This document shows positions 52,261 to 61,402 of a stretch of DNA of 64,000 nt, piece after piece; position 1 is the first letter of the stretch, and each line of letters opens with the position of its first letter. Location of the stretch: assembly GCF_009931435.1 (NCBI RefSeq), contig NZ_CP043414.1; one strand, given 5' to 3'. The position numbers were made by a program, and so were the translations under genes. This stretch comes from Escherichia coli. Its GTDB lineage: Bacteria; Pseudomonadota; Gammaproteobacteria; Enterobacterales; Enterobacteriaceae. The notes beneath the pieces are model-generated. The model searched no databases, was not told the origin of the DNA, and saw only the letters and a program-made list of their open reading frames with translations.

Positions 52261-53643
52261 TCAACCTGCCACACTCCCCCACACCAGTTGCCCTTTATGG
52301 AACGTCGCCGTTCTCGGCGAGATACGCGCCACCGCCTCGGCAGAACAGGAGGCGTCCACCAGCACAAAGCTGGCGTCATCCTGCGCTTTTGGCCACACAC
52401 GCTCGCCTTTTTCATTTAGCGGCAACACATCGCCAGTGGCTAAAAACAGCGAGCGGGATAAATTCTGTTCGTTAGGACGAATATAGAGCTGCGCATACAG
52501 ATTGGCTTTTTCCAGCATGTCGCCCAGGCCGTAAGGCGACCAGTGGTCGATAACGCTGTCGGTGCCGGTCATCACTTTTACACCTTTGTCATGTAGCTGT
52601 TTGAGCGGCATATGCAACGTGCCAATCGGCACCGTCGAGGCGATAGAAATTTGCTGCGCCGCCATCCGGTGCGCCAACTCATCGACCTGTTGCTCGTTGA
52701 GCGTTGCCAGCGCAAAGGCGTGACTGATGGTCAGCTTGCCCTTCAGCTGCGGCGTTTTCTCTACCGTTTCAACCATATAATTGATGGCTGCCACGCCCGC
52801 CGGAGTGGTTTCGTGCAGATGAATATCGACGCCTTTGTCGTAGTCCAGCGCAATCTGGAACATGGTGTCGAGGGATTTTTCCATCGCGCCATCAACACTG
52901 GTCGGGTCCAGCCCGCCGACGTAATGCGCGCCTGCCTGCATTGCTTCACGCATCAAGGGTTCCGATTTCGACAGCAGCAAACCGTGCTGCGGGAAGGCGA
53001 CGATTTCACACTCGAAGCCCGCCTGACGTCGCGCCAGCACCGCCTGCAAATTTTGCAGATTTTTCAGGCCGGAAACCGGTTCGATATTGCAGTGGCTGCG
53101 GGCAATGGTGGTGCCTTTCGACTGCAATAAATCGATCAGTTTTTCTGCCCGCTCCTGAGTGTACGGTTGTAACTCCGGCAGCATTTTCTGCTCGAGTTTG
53201 ATCATGTCCTGGATGGTGGTGCCTGCCGGGCGATTGAGCGAGCGCCACGGTCCGCCGTAAAAGGTTTTGTCGAGATGAATATGCATGTCGCGAGTAGTGG
53301 GCAGCATCAGCTTACCGCCAGCGTCATATTGCGGCAGCGTGGCGTCCGGATGCTGCTTGTTCTCATGTAGCACAACAATTTTACCGTCCTGAATCTCCAC
53401 GGTCTGGCGCGCCGTGCGGGTCTGCACCGCCACACCGTTTTCGTAGTCAAAACCGGTTTCCAGCAGCACGTTATCAAGATAGTAATGCGGGTCAGTGATT
53501 TTCATGGTGTTATTCGCGTCGCAGTGGGTTGTGCCAGAGACCTCCGCATGGGCGAATGGCACAGAGGTACCAAACAGCGCGGCGGCGGTGACCATCTTAC
53601 CGCTCTGGCTCAGAAATTCACGGCGGCTATTGTTTTTTTTCAT
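52261..53643 (-). CDS. yahJ: Tat-signal amidohydrolase (cytosine deaminase-like)
   Basis: 460 aa with the twin-arginine motif SRREFLSQSGKMVTAAALFGTSVPFAHA and the metal-binding motif DMHIHLD. It is recognisable as YahJ. Confidence 0.93.
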   Translation of the reverse strand: MKKNNSRREFLSQSGKMVTAAALFGTSVPFAHAEVSGTTHCDANNTMKITDPHYYLDNVLLETGFDYENGVAVQTRTARQTVEIQDGKIVVLHENKQHPDATLPQYDAGGKLMLPTTRDMHIHLDKTFYGGPWRSLNRPAGTTIQDMIKLEQKMLPELQPYTQERAEKLIDLLQSKGTTIARSHCNIEPVSGLKNLQNLQAVLARRQAGFECEIVAFPQHGLLLSKSEPLMREAMQAGAHYVGGLDPTSVDGAMEKSLDTMFQIALDYDKGVDIHLHETTPAGVAAINYMVETVEKTPQLKGKLTISHAFALATLNEQQVDELAHRMAAQQISIASTVPIGTLHMPLKQLHDKGVKVMTGTDSVIDHWSPYGLGDMLEKANLYAQLYIRPNEQNLSRSLFLATGDVLPLNEKGERVWPKAQDDASFVLVDASCSAEAVARISPRTATFHKGQLVWGSVAG

Positions 53644-53652
53644 CTTACGTCC

Positions 53653-54603
53653 TTACGTTTTAATAATATGGGTGCCCGTTTCGCCACGCAGCGCCGCGGG
53701 CAGGCATTCCGGCGTGGTGATAATCACTTCTTTACCGCCCTGTTCCAGGAACGTCAGGCTGGCGATGATTTTTGGCAACATGCTGCCTGGCGGGAAATGC
53801 CCTTCCTGCATATAGCGGGTCATGGTGGCAATATCCACCCGATCCAGCGCCTGCTGCTGCGGTTTGCCAAAATGAATACACACTTTTTCGACGCCAGTGG
53901 TGATCACCAGAATGTCGGCGTGAATTTCACGGGCCAATAGCGCGGTAGAGAGATCTTTGTCGATAACCGCGTCCACGCTTTGGTAATCCCCCGCTTCACT
54001 GCACACCACCGGAATTCCACCGCCGCCCGCGCCAATTACCACAAAGCCTTGTTGGATCAGCGCCTTAATGGCAGGTGCTTCGACAATACGTTTCGGTTCC
54101 GGCGAGGCGACCACGCGGCGATAGCCGCGTCCGGCATCTTCAACAAAACGCCAGTCAGGGTTTGCCTTTTGTAATTCGTTACGCTGGCTTTCACTGAAGA
54201 ATGCGCCAATGGGCTTGGTGGGGTGAGCAAATCCCGGATCGTTTTTATCCACTTCCACCTGAGTCACCACGGTGACGGCTTTTTTCTCGCCGTGGCGCGC
54301 CAGCCGATTGTTCAGCGCCTGTTGGATCAAGTAGCCAATGCCGCCTTGCGTATCCGCCACACAGTTCGCCAGCGGCGTTAAGGGCAGCCCTTCGCGCTCG
54401 TGGGCAATCTCCGCACGGCGTAGATCCAGCCCAACCTGCGGCCCGTTGCCGTGGGTCAGCACAATGTCGTAATCGGAAGCCAGCATTTCCAGCACCGTAT
54501 CGGCGACGGCCTTCACCGCCTCCGCCTGATGCTCAATCGACTGGCTGGCGTTATCTTTGATAATGCTGTTGCCACCAATGGCAACGACCACAAGTTCTTT
54601 CAT
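53653..54603 (-). CDS. yahI: Carbamate kinase-like protein
   Basis: 316-aa protein of the amino-acid kinase fold, starting MKELVVVAIGGNSI. It is recognisable as YahI. Confidence 0.94.
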   Translation of the reverse strand: MKELVVVAIGGNSIIKDNASQSIEHQAEAVKAVADTVLEMLASDYDIVLTHGNGPQVGLDLRRAEIAHEREGLPLTPLANCVADTQGGIGYLIQQALNNRLARHGEKKAVTVVTQVEVDKNDPGFAHPTKPIGAFFSESQRNELQKANPDWRFVEDAGRGYRRVVASPEPKRIVEAPAIKALIQQGFVVIGAGGGGIPVVCSEAGDYQSVDAVIDKDLSTALLAREIHADILVITTGVEKVCIHFGKPQQQALDRVDIATMTRYMQEGHFPPGSMLPKIIASLTFLEQGGKEVIITTPECLPAALRGETGTHIIKT

Positions 54604-54653
54604 GTTGTTATGTCCGCTACAGAGGGTGATGGGGTTATGACCAACGCCAGACA

Positions 54654-55112
54654 GCCTGATGCGCTACGCTTATCAGGCCTACAGATTCTTGTGCCATTCG
54701 TAGGCCGGATAAGGCGTCCACGCCGCATCCGGCAATGGTGACAAATGCCTGATGCGCTACGCTTATCAGGCCTACAGATTCTCGCGCCACTCGTAGGCCG
54801 GATAAGGCGTTCACGCCACAACCGGCAATGGTGACAAATGCCTGATGCGCTACGCTTATCAGGCCTACAGATTCTTGTGCCATTCGTAGGCCGGATAAGG
54901 CGTCCACGCCGCATCCGGCAATCGTGACAAATGCCTGATGCGCTACGCTTATCAGGCCTACAGATTCTTGCGCCACTCGTAGGCCGGATAAGGCGTTCAC
55001 GCCGCATCCGGCAATGGTGACAAATGCCTGATGCGCTACGCTTATCAGGCCTACAGATTCTCGCGCCACTCGTAGGCCGGATAAGGCGTTCACGCCACAT
55101 CCGGCATGAACA
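54654..55112. repeat. BIME array, about five tandem units with an exact 93-bp period
   Basis: gcctgatgcgctacgcttatcaggcctacag recurs at 54654, 54747, 54840, 54933 and 55026. Each is followed by tcgtaggccggataaggcg...cgccgcatccggca. Confidence 0.95.
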
Positions 55113-55118
55113 TGTCAG

Positions 55119-56537
55119 TCAGACGCCGTAACGTTCGCACCAGCCAAGAATGGCTTTCTCGAAGCAGGCGAATGGTGGATGCACAATGCCCGCGCCAATC
55201 ATGCCGACGCCTGCATCTTTATGGGCAATGGCGGTGTTGATCACCGGCAGAATGCCACTGCTACCCACGCGGGTGATGTCGATTGCCGTCGGCACACCCA
55301 TAAAACCGAGCAGCGGAATGGTCACGTTGGGGTTTTCGCCGAGAGTGATTTCGCACATCTGACGGGAGAAATCGATAGCCTCTTCCACCGTACCGCCCAC
55401 CAGCGCGACGATTGCAGGCGCGGTCGCCATAGCAAATCCACCAATGCCGTAGGTTTCGGTGATGGCGCTGTCGCCAATATCCAGCCCCGAATCTTCCGGC
55501 TTATAACCGGCAAACATCGGGCCGATGACCTGTTGCGCCGGGCCGGTAAACCACTGCCCCGGCAGGCCGCTGACTCGCAGGCCGAACTCGACACCATTAC
55601 GCGCCATCGTGGTCACCACGGTGCTGTATTCGATGCCGTGCGCCGCATCCATCGCCGCTTTACACATCGCCATCCACGTCGGGCCGGAGAAGTAGTCGCT
55701 GCTGGCGACAAACTCAAACACTTCGCGCTGTTGCTCGACGGAATAACCCGCCTGAATAATCCCCGGCGTCAGCGCCTGAATCAGCAGCGTCGTCCCGGCG
55801 TTATTGCGGTTATGGCATTCATCGCCCATATGCAGCGCCTGCGCCAGCATCAAGCGCAGATCAATCTCACCGAGAATTTTCATCGCGTCACGCAGCATTG
55901 GCCCCTGCACATCGCGCATCCAGTTGAGGCGGTCAATCACGCTCTGATCGTTGGCACCCATACGCAAAATCTTCGCCATCTGCTCGCTCATATTGGTGTA
56001 AGCGATGTTGCCGAAGGTTTTGTTTTTCACGATGTGCATAAACATCGAGGCAGAGGTAACACCCGCCATCGAACCCACGCAGTCATGCTCGTGGCACGGC
56101 GAGAAAGTGATCTCCCCGGAAGCCGCCAGTTCAGCCGCCTCGTCAAGATCTTTCGCCAGCCCTTCGAACACCAGCGCCCCGGTGACCGCGCCTTTCATCG
56201 CGCCGCACATTTTTTCCCAGGTCACTGGCGGCCCGGCGTGAAGAATGGTTTTCACCGTCATGCCTGGCACCACGTTAATCGCCTGATCAAAACCAATCAG
56301 CACCGGATGCGACTGGATAATGCGTTCCAGCGCCTGCTGGTTAGCGGCGGCGATTTTGTCTGCCAGCGGCGAATCGGCAATGTTGTCCAGTGCCTGCACC
56401 ACCTGCATATTGCCCTGCCCCGGCGGCGTCCAGTCGAGTTGGGTTACTTCTACATGCTGCTTTTTCAGATCATCGCTAAACATAGCGATGCCGACATTAA
56501 TAACGTTCAACGGTTGGCTAAACAGTGACTGGCTCAT
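55119..56537 (-). CDS. yahG: DUF1116 protein (YlbE paralogue)
   Basis: The 472-aa form starts MSQSLFSQPLNVINVGIAMF. Its start overlaps the yahF stop (TGATG). Confidence 0.93.
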   Translation of the reverse strand: MSQSLFSQPLNVINVGIAMFSDDLKKQHVEVTQLDWTPPGQGNMQVVQALDNIADSPLADKIAAANQQALERIIQSHPVLIGFDQAINVVPGMTVKTILHAGPPVTWEKMCGAMKGAVTGALVFEGLAKDLDEAAELAASGEITFSPCHEHDCVGSMAGVTSASMFMHIVKNKTFGNIAYTNMSEQMAKILRMGANDQSVIDRLNWMRDVQGPMLRDAMKILGEIDLRLMLAQALHMGDECHNRNNAGTTLLIQALTPGIIQAGYSVEQQREVFEFVASSDYFSGPTWMAMCKAAMDAAHGIEYSTVVTTMARNGVEFGLRVSGLPGQWFTGPAQQVIGPMFAGYKPEDSGLDIGDSAITETYGIGGFAMATAPAIVALVGGTVEEAIDFSRQMCEITLGENPNVTIPLLGFMGVPTAIDITRVGSSGILPVINTAIAHKDAGVGMIGAGIVHPPFACFEKAILGWCERYGV

Positions 56538-58084
56538 CAGGCTTCCTCCCCTTTGCAAATAAATTCACGCGCCAGCAATCCGGTATTGGTGCTGCTGCTG
56601 GCCAGAATCACCCCGGCATCAAGCAGCATCTGGCTTTGTTGTGCTAACGATGGCGTATCGAGATCGGTACCCAGCACATAGGCGAGAATGATCAACTCGC
56701 GGCCTTCGGCGGCAGCGATCGCTTTCGCTTCTTTGATCGCCTCGATGGTGGAACCGACCGGATCTTCATGCGATCCAAATCCGAGCACAAAATCCATCAC
56801 GATCACCGCCACTTCTGGATCGCGCGCTTCTTCGATCAACCGGCTGATGCGGTTGGTGGGGTCAATCATTGGATGCGGCTTGCCGTTGGTGAAGTCGTCA
56901 TCGCCAAAGTCGAGGAAGGTGTGTTTGATGCTGCGGTTGATATCTTGCAGGCGGAATTCCGGATCGGGCTGAATGTTGCTGTAGACATCGCCATGTTTTT
57001 CCATCACCGCGAACATGGTTTCGTCACACAGCGTACCGCCGCAGAACAGTCCTCGAATGTATTTCTGCTGCGGTTGCAGGCGAGCGCGCACGTCAGCAAT
57101 CAACGGCTGGTTCAGCGTATGCAGCTCGAGATGTTCCTGTTTCACGCCGGAGAGCATCACCGCTTTCAATGCCGCCTCTTTACTGCCGCGGGCAAACTGT
57201 AGCCCCTGCTCATCCACTGGTGTTTCGCCACGGCCGAGGAAGCAGACCACCACCGGCTTGCGGCAGGCGCGTGCGCGTTCCAGCACTTTGCGGGCCACCG
57301 CAGGCGCAGGCGGTTTGGAGATAAGTACAATGATTTCAGTTTGCGGATCGTTTTCCAGCATCCCGATGGCGTCGAGCATCATCAGGCCGCCGATTTTCTC
57401 GCTCAGGTCGCGCCCGCCGGTGCCAATCAGTTGCGAAATGCCGCCACCAAATTCATGAATGCGGACGCTCAGCTCCTGGCTACCGGTGCCGGATGCGCCA
57501 ACAATACCGATGTTGCCGCGACGCACAGCGTTACCAAAGCAGAGCGCCGCGCCGTTGATAATCGCCGTGCCGCAGTCTGGCCCCATCATCAGCAGCCCTT
57601 TTTCGTGGGCCAGTTGCTTGAGCGCCAGTTCATCTTCAACTGAGACATTATCGGAAAACAGCATCACGTTAAGATCGTTTTGCAGCGCCTGACGTGCTTC
57701 GCGAGCGGCAAACAGACCGTTGACCGAAATCACTGCCAGGTTATTTTCCGGGATATGCTTTTTGGCGCTGGCAATCGTGGCATAACGCGCCTCGTGCGAG
57801 CCGCTTTGCGCTTTGCTGTTGAACAGTTCTTCAATCTCCACCAGCAACTGCTCGTTGTCTGCGCCCGCTTTGCCGTTGATGACAATCATCAGGTCGCCGT
57901 TTTTCGCCTGCTCCAGCTCCGGCGTCAGCAGCCCTAAATTCTTCAGCACGCCTTTGTTCATTTCTGTCGCCATCGCCACAAATGCCTGCTCGACGCCGTC
58001 GAGTTTATTTGCACGCGTGGAGATAGACATCAGCGAGACAGAATCAAAATAGGTATTCGGTTTAATGACTATTTTAACTGACAT
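56537..58084 (-). CDS. yahF: FdrA-family acyl-CoA synthetase-like protein (succinyl-CoA ligase alpha-like domains)
   Basis: 515 aa, recognisable as YahF, with a CoA-ligase-like GxGG region (VGASGTGSQE). Confidence 0.93.
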   Translation of the reverse strand: MSVKIVIKPNTYFDSVSLMSISTRANKLDGVEQAFVAMATEMNKGVLKNLGLLTPELEQAKNGDLMIVINGKAGADNEQLLVEIEELFNSKAQSGSHEARYATIASAKKHIPENNLAVISVNGLFAAREARQALQNDLNVMLFSDNVSVEDELALKQLAHEKGLLMMGPDCGTAIINGAALCFGNAVRRGNIGIVGASGTGSQELSVRIHEFGGGISQLIGTGGRDLSEKIGGLMMLDAIGMLENDPQTEIIVLISKPPAPAVARKVLERARACRKPVVVCFLGRGETPVDEQGLQFARGSKEAALKAVMLSGVKQEHLELHTLNQPLIADVRARLQPQQKYIRGLFCGGTLCDETMFAVMEKHGDVYSNIQPDPEFRLQDINRSIKHTFLDFGDDDFTNGKPHPMIDPTNRISRLIEEARDPEVAVIVMDFVLGFGSHEDPVGSTIEAIKEAKAIAAAEGRELIILAYVLGTDLDTPSLAQQSQMLLDAGVILASSSTNTGLLAREFICKGEEA

Positions 58085-58937
58085 AATTCCCTCCGTAGGT
58101 TTGGCTCAGCGCACAACCATCGGCCATGCCATACAGCATGTCGCAGCCGGAACTGGAGCCAATATGTTTAATTTTTTCTATTGCCTGAGTTGCGTTCCCA
58201 GGTATGTCATAAATAATGTTATGAATAAAACGATGAATATTTTCCCGGCAGCGTTGTTGTAATGCGGCTTCCAGCGTTATGGCACTTAATAACGTGGTAT
58301 TATTTCTGCCGTGTTGCAGACCGAGATAAAATTCCTCTTTGTATTTTTCCGCCGGATGCCCAGGAACAAATAAAATAAGCGCCAGACCTGTTAAATAATC
58401 GTCGGCTGATGGCGTAAGGCCAATCCCTAACCCCATCATACTGACGACCGCTGAGGCGATATTTTGTTTATCGTTTACGGCCTGAATAACTGCCCGTCGT
58501 TTAATATGTAATTCTTTATTTAACGCCTGATAAAACGGATTATCGCCGCGATAATTAAACAGGGTTTCATTTTCCCCCAGGTGCTGATGAATAATGTCGT
58601 GCCACTGTTGCCAGGCGATAAGGTGAAAATTTTCAGCGGTCATTTGCAAAGCTGGGGACAGCCAACGCTGGCAATGACTCATCTCTATATGAAGATGTTG
58701 ACCAACCGTAATACCTTGATCATCAAACTGAACCTTATCACCATGACGGAACAGACCATCAAAGTGAGTGAGTGCCAACCGACAACTGTTTGGCGCATTG
58801 TCGTACTCTTCACAAAGCAGCGTTAGCAACTGCTGGCGAACCGGGAGTGCGATATTTACCGCTCTGGCAAAGACCTGTTCAACCTGTCCTTGCCCCCGCT
58901 GTACCAGAAAATCTGCATCCGCAGTTAGCGCCCACAC
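58074..58937 (-). CDS. yahE: DUF2877 protein (YlbF paralogue)
   Basis: 287-aa ORF that overlaps the yahF start by 11 bp. Position and size match yahE. Confidence 0.85.
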   Translation of the reverse strand: MWALTADADFLVQRGQGQVEQVFARAVNIALPVRQQLLTLLCEEYDNAPNSCRLALTHFDGLFRHGDKVQFDDQGITVGQHLHIEMSHCQRWLSPALQMTAENFHLIAWQQWHDIIHQHLGENETLFNYRGDNPFYQALNKELHIKRRAVIQAVNDKQNIASAVVSMMGLGIGLTPSADDYLTGLALILFVPGHPAEKYKEEFYLGLQHGRNNTTLLSAITLEAALQQRCRENIHRFIHNIIYDIPGNATQAIEKIKHIGSSSGCDMLYGMADGCALSQTYGGNYVS

Positions 58938-58976
58938 ACACCGTCTTTCTGGTGTGTTGATAGCAAACCTCCCGGT

Positions 58977-59582
58977 TTATGCGCCTGCGGCAATCAGCAA
59001 CTGAGCAATCTCTTCAAAGCCCCGTTCCCGTGCCAGTTCCAGCGGCGTTTTACCATATTTATCCGTCATGTGCGGGCTGGCACCGTGTTCCAGCAATAAC
59101 TGGACAATCGCCTGCTGTTTTATCCCGCCATCATTAAGCACAATTGCTTCCAGTAGCGGCGTCCAGCCAACATGGTTGGTCTGGTTAACGTTAATCTCCG
59201 TATGCGCCAAAAGCTCTTTTACAATACTTAAATGGCCTTTTTCACAGGCAGGCGTCAGGCCGACACCGCCGAAACGGGTTACACAATTAAGGTCTGGTTT
59301 AGCCGGTAAAATAATCCGTAACAGGGTTAAATCGCCGGTCAGGCAGCTCATTAAAAAAGGATTTAAACAGGTCTGGTCTTGTTTATTAATATCCGCACCG
59401 GCATCAATTAACGCCTGAACGCAAGCATATTGCTGATATAAACTTGCCAGCGTAATTGCCGTTTTCCCCTGGCGATCGCAGGTATTAATATCGACACCCA
59501 GAGCAAGGCAGGCTTTTACTTTATCGATATCACCCTGTTGCGCAGCCAATAAATAGTCGGCAGGTAGATTTTTTATACTCAT
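58977..59582 (-). CDS. yahD: Ankyrin-repeat protein
   Basis: The 201-aa form starts MSIKNLPADYLLAAQQGDIDKVK. It carries repeated ankyrin motifs (G.TPL..A...G......LL..GA). Confidence 0.92.
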   Translation of the reverse strand: MSIKNLPADYLLAAQQGDIDKVKACLALGVDINTCDRQGKTAITLASLYQQYACVQALIDAGADINKQDQTCLNPFLMSCLTGDLTLLRIILPAKPDLNCVTRFGGVGLTPACEKGHLSIVKELLAHTEINVNQTNHVGWTPLLEAIVLNDGGIKQQAIVQLLLEHGASPHMTDKYGKTPLELARERGFEEIAQLLIAAGA

Positions 59583-59685
59583 TAACATTCCCCTGGTTTT
59601 TGTGGCTGTTTTCGATGAATTGAGAATAGCAACGATAATCTGATAAAAGAACCCGCTTAAATTTAATTCGCCGTATTTCGCCTTT

Positions 59686-59706
59686 TTGTTGAATGATGTT
59701 CAACAA
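59686..59706. promoter_or_regulatory. Perfect 8-5-8 inverted repeat in the yahD-yahC divergent region (candidate operator)
   Basis: ttgttgaa-tgatg-ttcaacaa. Confidence 0.35.
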
Positions 59707-59839
59707 TCTTTTCGCAGTGTGCGGTAGTGCAATATTTGTTTCTTTGACCCGATACCCTTCCACTCAATCAGGTTTTATTTCTCTATAGTCTGCACATGTA
59801 AGAGTAGCTTTCGTCCATGTCTAACCAGAGGGGAACAAG

Positions 59840-60337
59840 ATGAACGGACTCACGGCAACGGGTGTCACCGTCGGTATTTGTGCAGGGCTTTGGCAGTTAG
59901 TGTCTTCACATGTTGGGCTTTCTCAGGGATGGGAATTATTAGGAACCATTGGCTTTGTCGCCTTTTGCAGTTTTTATGCCGCAGGCGGCGGTAAATCGGG
60001 GTTTATCAGAAGCCTGGCGGTTAATTATTCCGGGATGGTGTGGGCGTTTTTCGCCGCGCTGGCTGCCGGTTGGCTGGCCTCGGTGAGTGGGATTTCCGGC
60101 TTCTGGGCGAGCGTGATTATGACTGTACCCTTCTCGGCGGTGGTGGTCTGGCAAGGACGTTTCGGTTTACTGTCTTTTATTCCCGGAGGCTTTCTCGGCA
60201 TGACGCTATTTTTTGCCAGCGGGATGAACTGGACGGTGACATTACTGGGTTTTCTGGCGGGTAACTGCGTGGGGATAATTTCAGAATATGGCGGACAAAA
60301 ATTAAGCGAAGCGACGACTAAACGCGACGGGTATTAA
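59840..60337 (+). CDS. yahC: DUF1097 inner-membrane protein
   Basis: 165-aa hydrophobic ORF in the expected position. Confidence 0.88.
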   Translation: MNGLTATGVTVGICAGLWQLVSSHVGLSQGWELLGTIGFVAFCSFYAAGGGKSGFIRSLAVNYSGMVWAFFAALAAGWLASVSGISGFWASVIMTVPFSAVVVWQGRFGLLSFIPGGFLGMTLFFASGMNWTVTLLGFLAGNCVGIISEYGGQKLSEATTKRDGY

Positions 60338-60428
60338 AAGTTATTCAAAAATGATTATCTATCTTTAACCGATACCTCTACAGTCATAGCTGGAGAAATT
60401 CATAGTAGATAATGGCGGGAATGGTTTA

Positions 60429-61361
60429 ATGAACTCAATTTTTACCGAAGAGAATCTGTTGGCATTTACTACCGCTGCGCGTTTTGGCAGCTTCAGTAAA
60501 GCCGCAGAAGAGTTGGGTTTAACCACTTCCGCCATTAGCTACACCATCAAGCGAATGGAAACAGGGCTGGATGTGGTGCTGTTCACTCGCAGTACCCGCA
60601 GCATTGAGTTAACGGAGTCCGGGCGTTATTTTTTCCGCAAAGCTACCGACCTGCTGAATGATTTTCACGCCATCAAACGCAGCATCGATACTATTTCGCA
60701 GGGCATAGAAGCGCGTGTGCGTATTTGTATTAATCAGCTGCTTTATACGCCCAAACACACCGCACGCTTATTACAGGTACTGAAAAAGCAGTTTCCAACC
60801 TGCCAGATTACCGTCACCACCGAAGTGTATAATGGCGTCTGGGATGCGATTATTAATAATCAGGCGAATATCGCTATCGGCGCACCCGACACGCTGCTGG
60901 ACGGCGGCGGCATTGATTACACGGAGATTGGCGCGATTCGCTGGGCTTTTGCTATCGCCCCGGATCACCCGTTAGCCTTTGTGCCGGAACCCATCGCCGA
61001 AAGCCAACTGCGTCTCTATCCTAATATCATGGTGGAAGACACCGCGCATACGATTAATAAAAAAGTGGGCTGGTTGCTGCATGGGCAGGAGTCGATTCTG
61101 GTGCCAGATTTCAACACCAAATGTCAGTGCCAGATTTTAGGCGAAGGAATTGGTTTTTTGCCGGATTACATGGTCCGCGAGGCGATGGCGCAAGCGCTAC
61201 TGGTTACCCGACAAATTCATAACCCGCGCCAGGATTCGCGCATGTTACTGGCAACTCAACACTCTGCCACCGGTCAAGTGACGCAGTGGATTAAAAAGCA
61301 GTTTGCGCCAAAGGGTATATTAACAGGGATCTATCAGGATTTACTGCATCGGGAGAATTGA
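60429..61361 (+). CDS. yahB: LysR-family transcriptional regulator
   Basis: 310 aa with the N-terminal HTH FTTAARFGSFSKAAEELGLTTSAISYTIKRME. Confidence 0.92.
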   Translation: MNSIFTEENLLAFTTAARFGSFSKAAEELGLTTSAISYTIKRMETGLDVVLFTRSTRSIELTESGRYFFRKATDLLNDFHAIKRSIDTISQGIEARVRICINQLLYTPKHTARLLQVLKKQFPTCQITVTTEVYNGVWDAIINNQANIAIGAPDTLLDGGGIDYTEIGAIRWAFAIAPDHPLAFVPEPIAESQLRLYPNIMVEDTAHTINKKVGWLLHGQESILVPDFNTKCQCQILGEGIGFLPDYMVREAMAQALLVTRQIHNPRQDSRMLLATQHSATGQVTQWIKKQFAPKGILTGIYQDLLHREN

Positions 61362-61402
61362 TATCTACCAACCTCCCGATGCGCTGTGAATAGCGGTTTA
61401 CA

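Noticed and set aside
54600-55100. 166-aa and 152-aa ORFs (also 12750-13236, 34870-35529 and 10976-11539 in part)
   Set aside because: They lie entirely in REP/BIME repeats. The peptides are periodic copies of translated palindromes (RLIRPT, CRMRR...), and the frames stay open only because the repeat period is in phase.
54654-55112. Possible CRISPR array (regular direct repeats)
   Set aside because: The spacers between the palindromes are themselves repeated unit to unit. The repeats are canonical REP palindromes found all over the window, and no cas genes or leader are present.
55179-56528. 449-aa plus-strand ORF covering almost all of yahG in antisense
   Set aside because: It is in the same codon-aligned antisense register ((56535-55179) is divisible by 3). 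The R/H/G-rich product has no motifs, whereas the yahG sense product is recognisable.
59530-59763. 77-aa ORF in the yahD-yahC intergenic region
   Set aside because: It overlaps the yahD start and the divergent promoter region. It has no SD and is compositionally AT-rich non-coding sequence.
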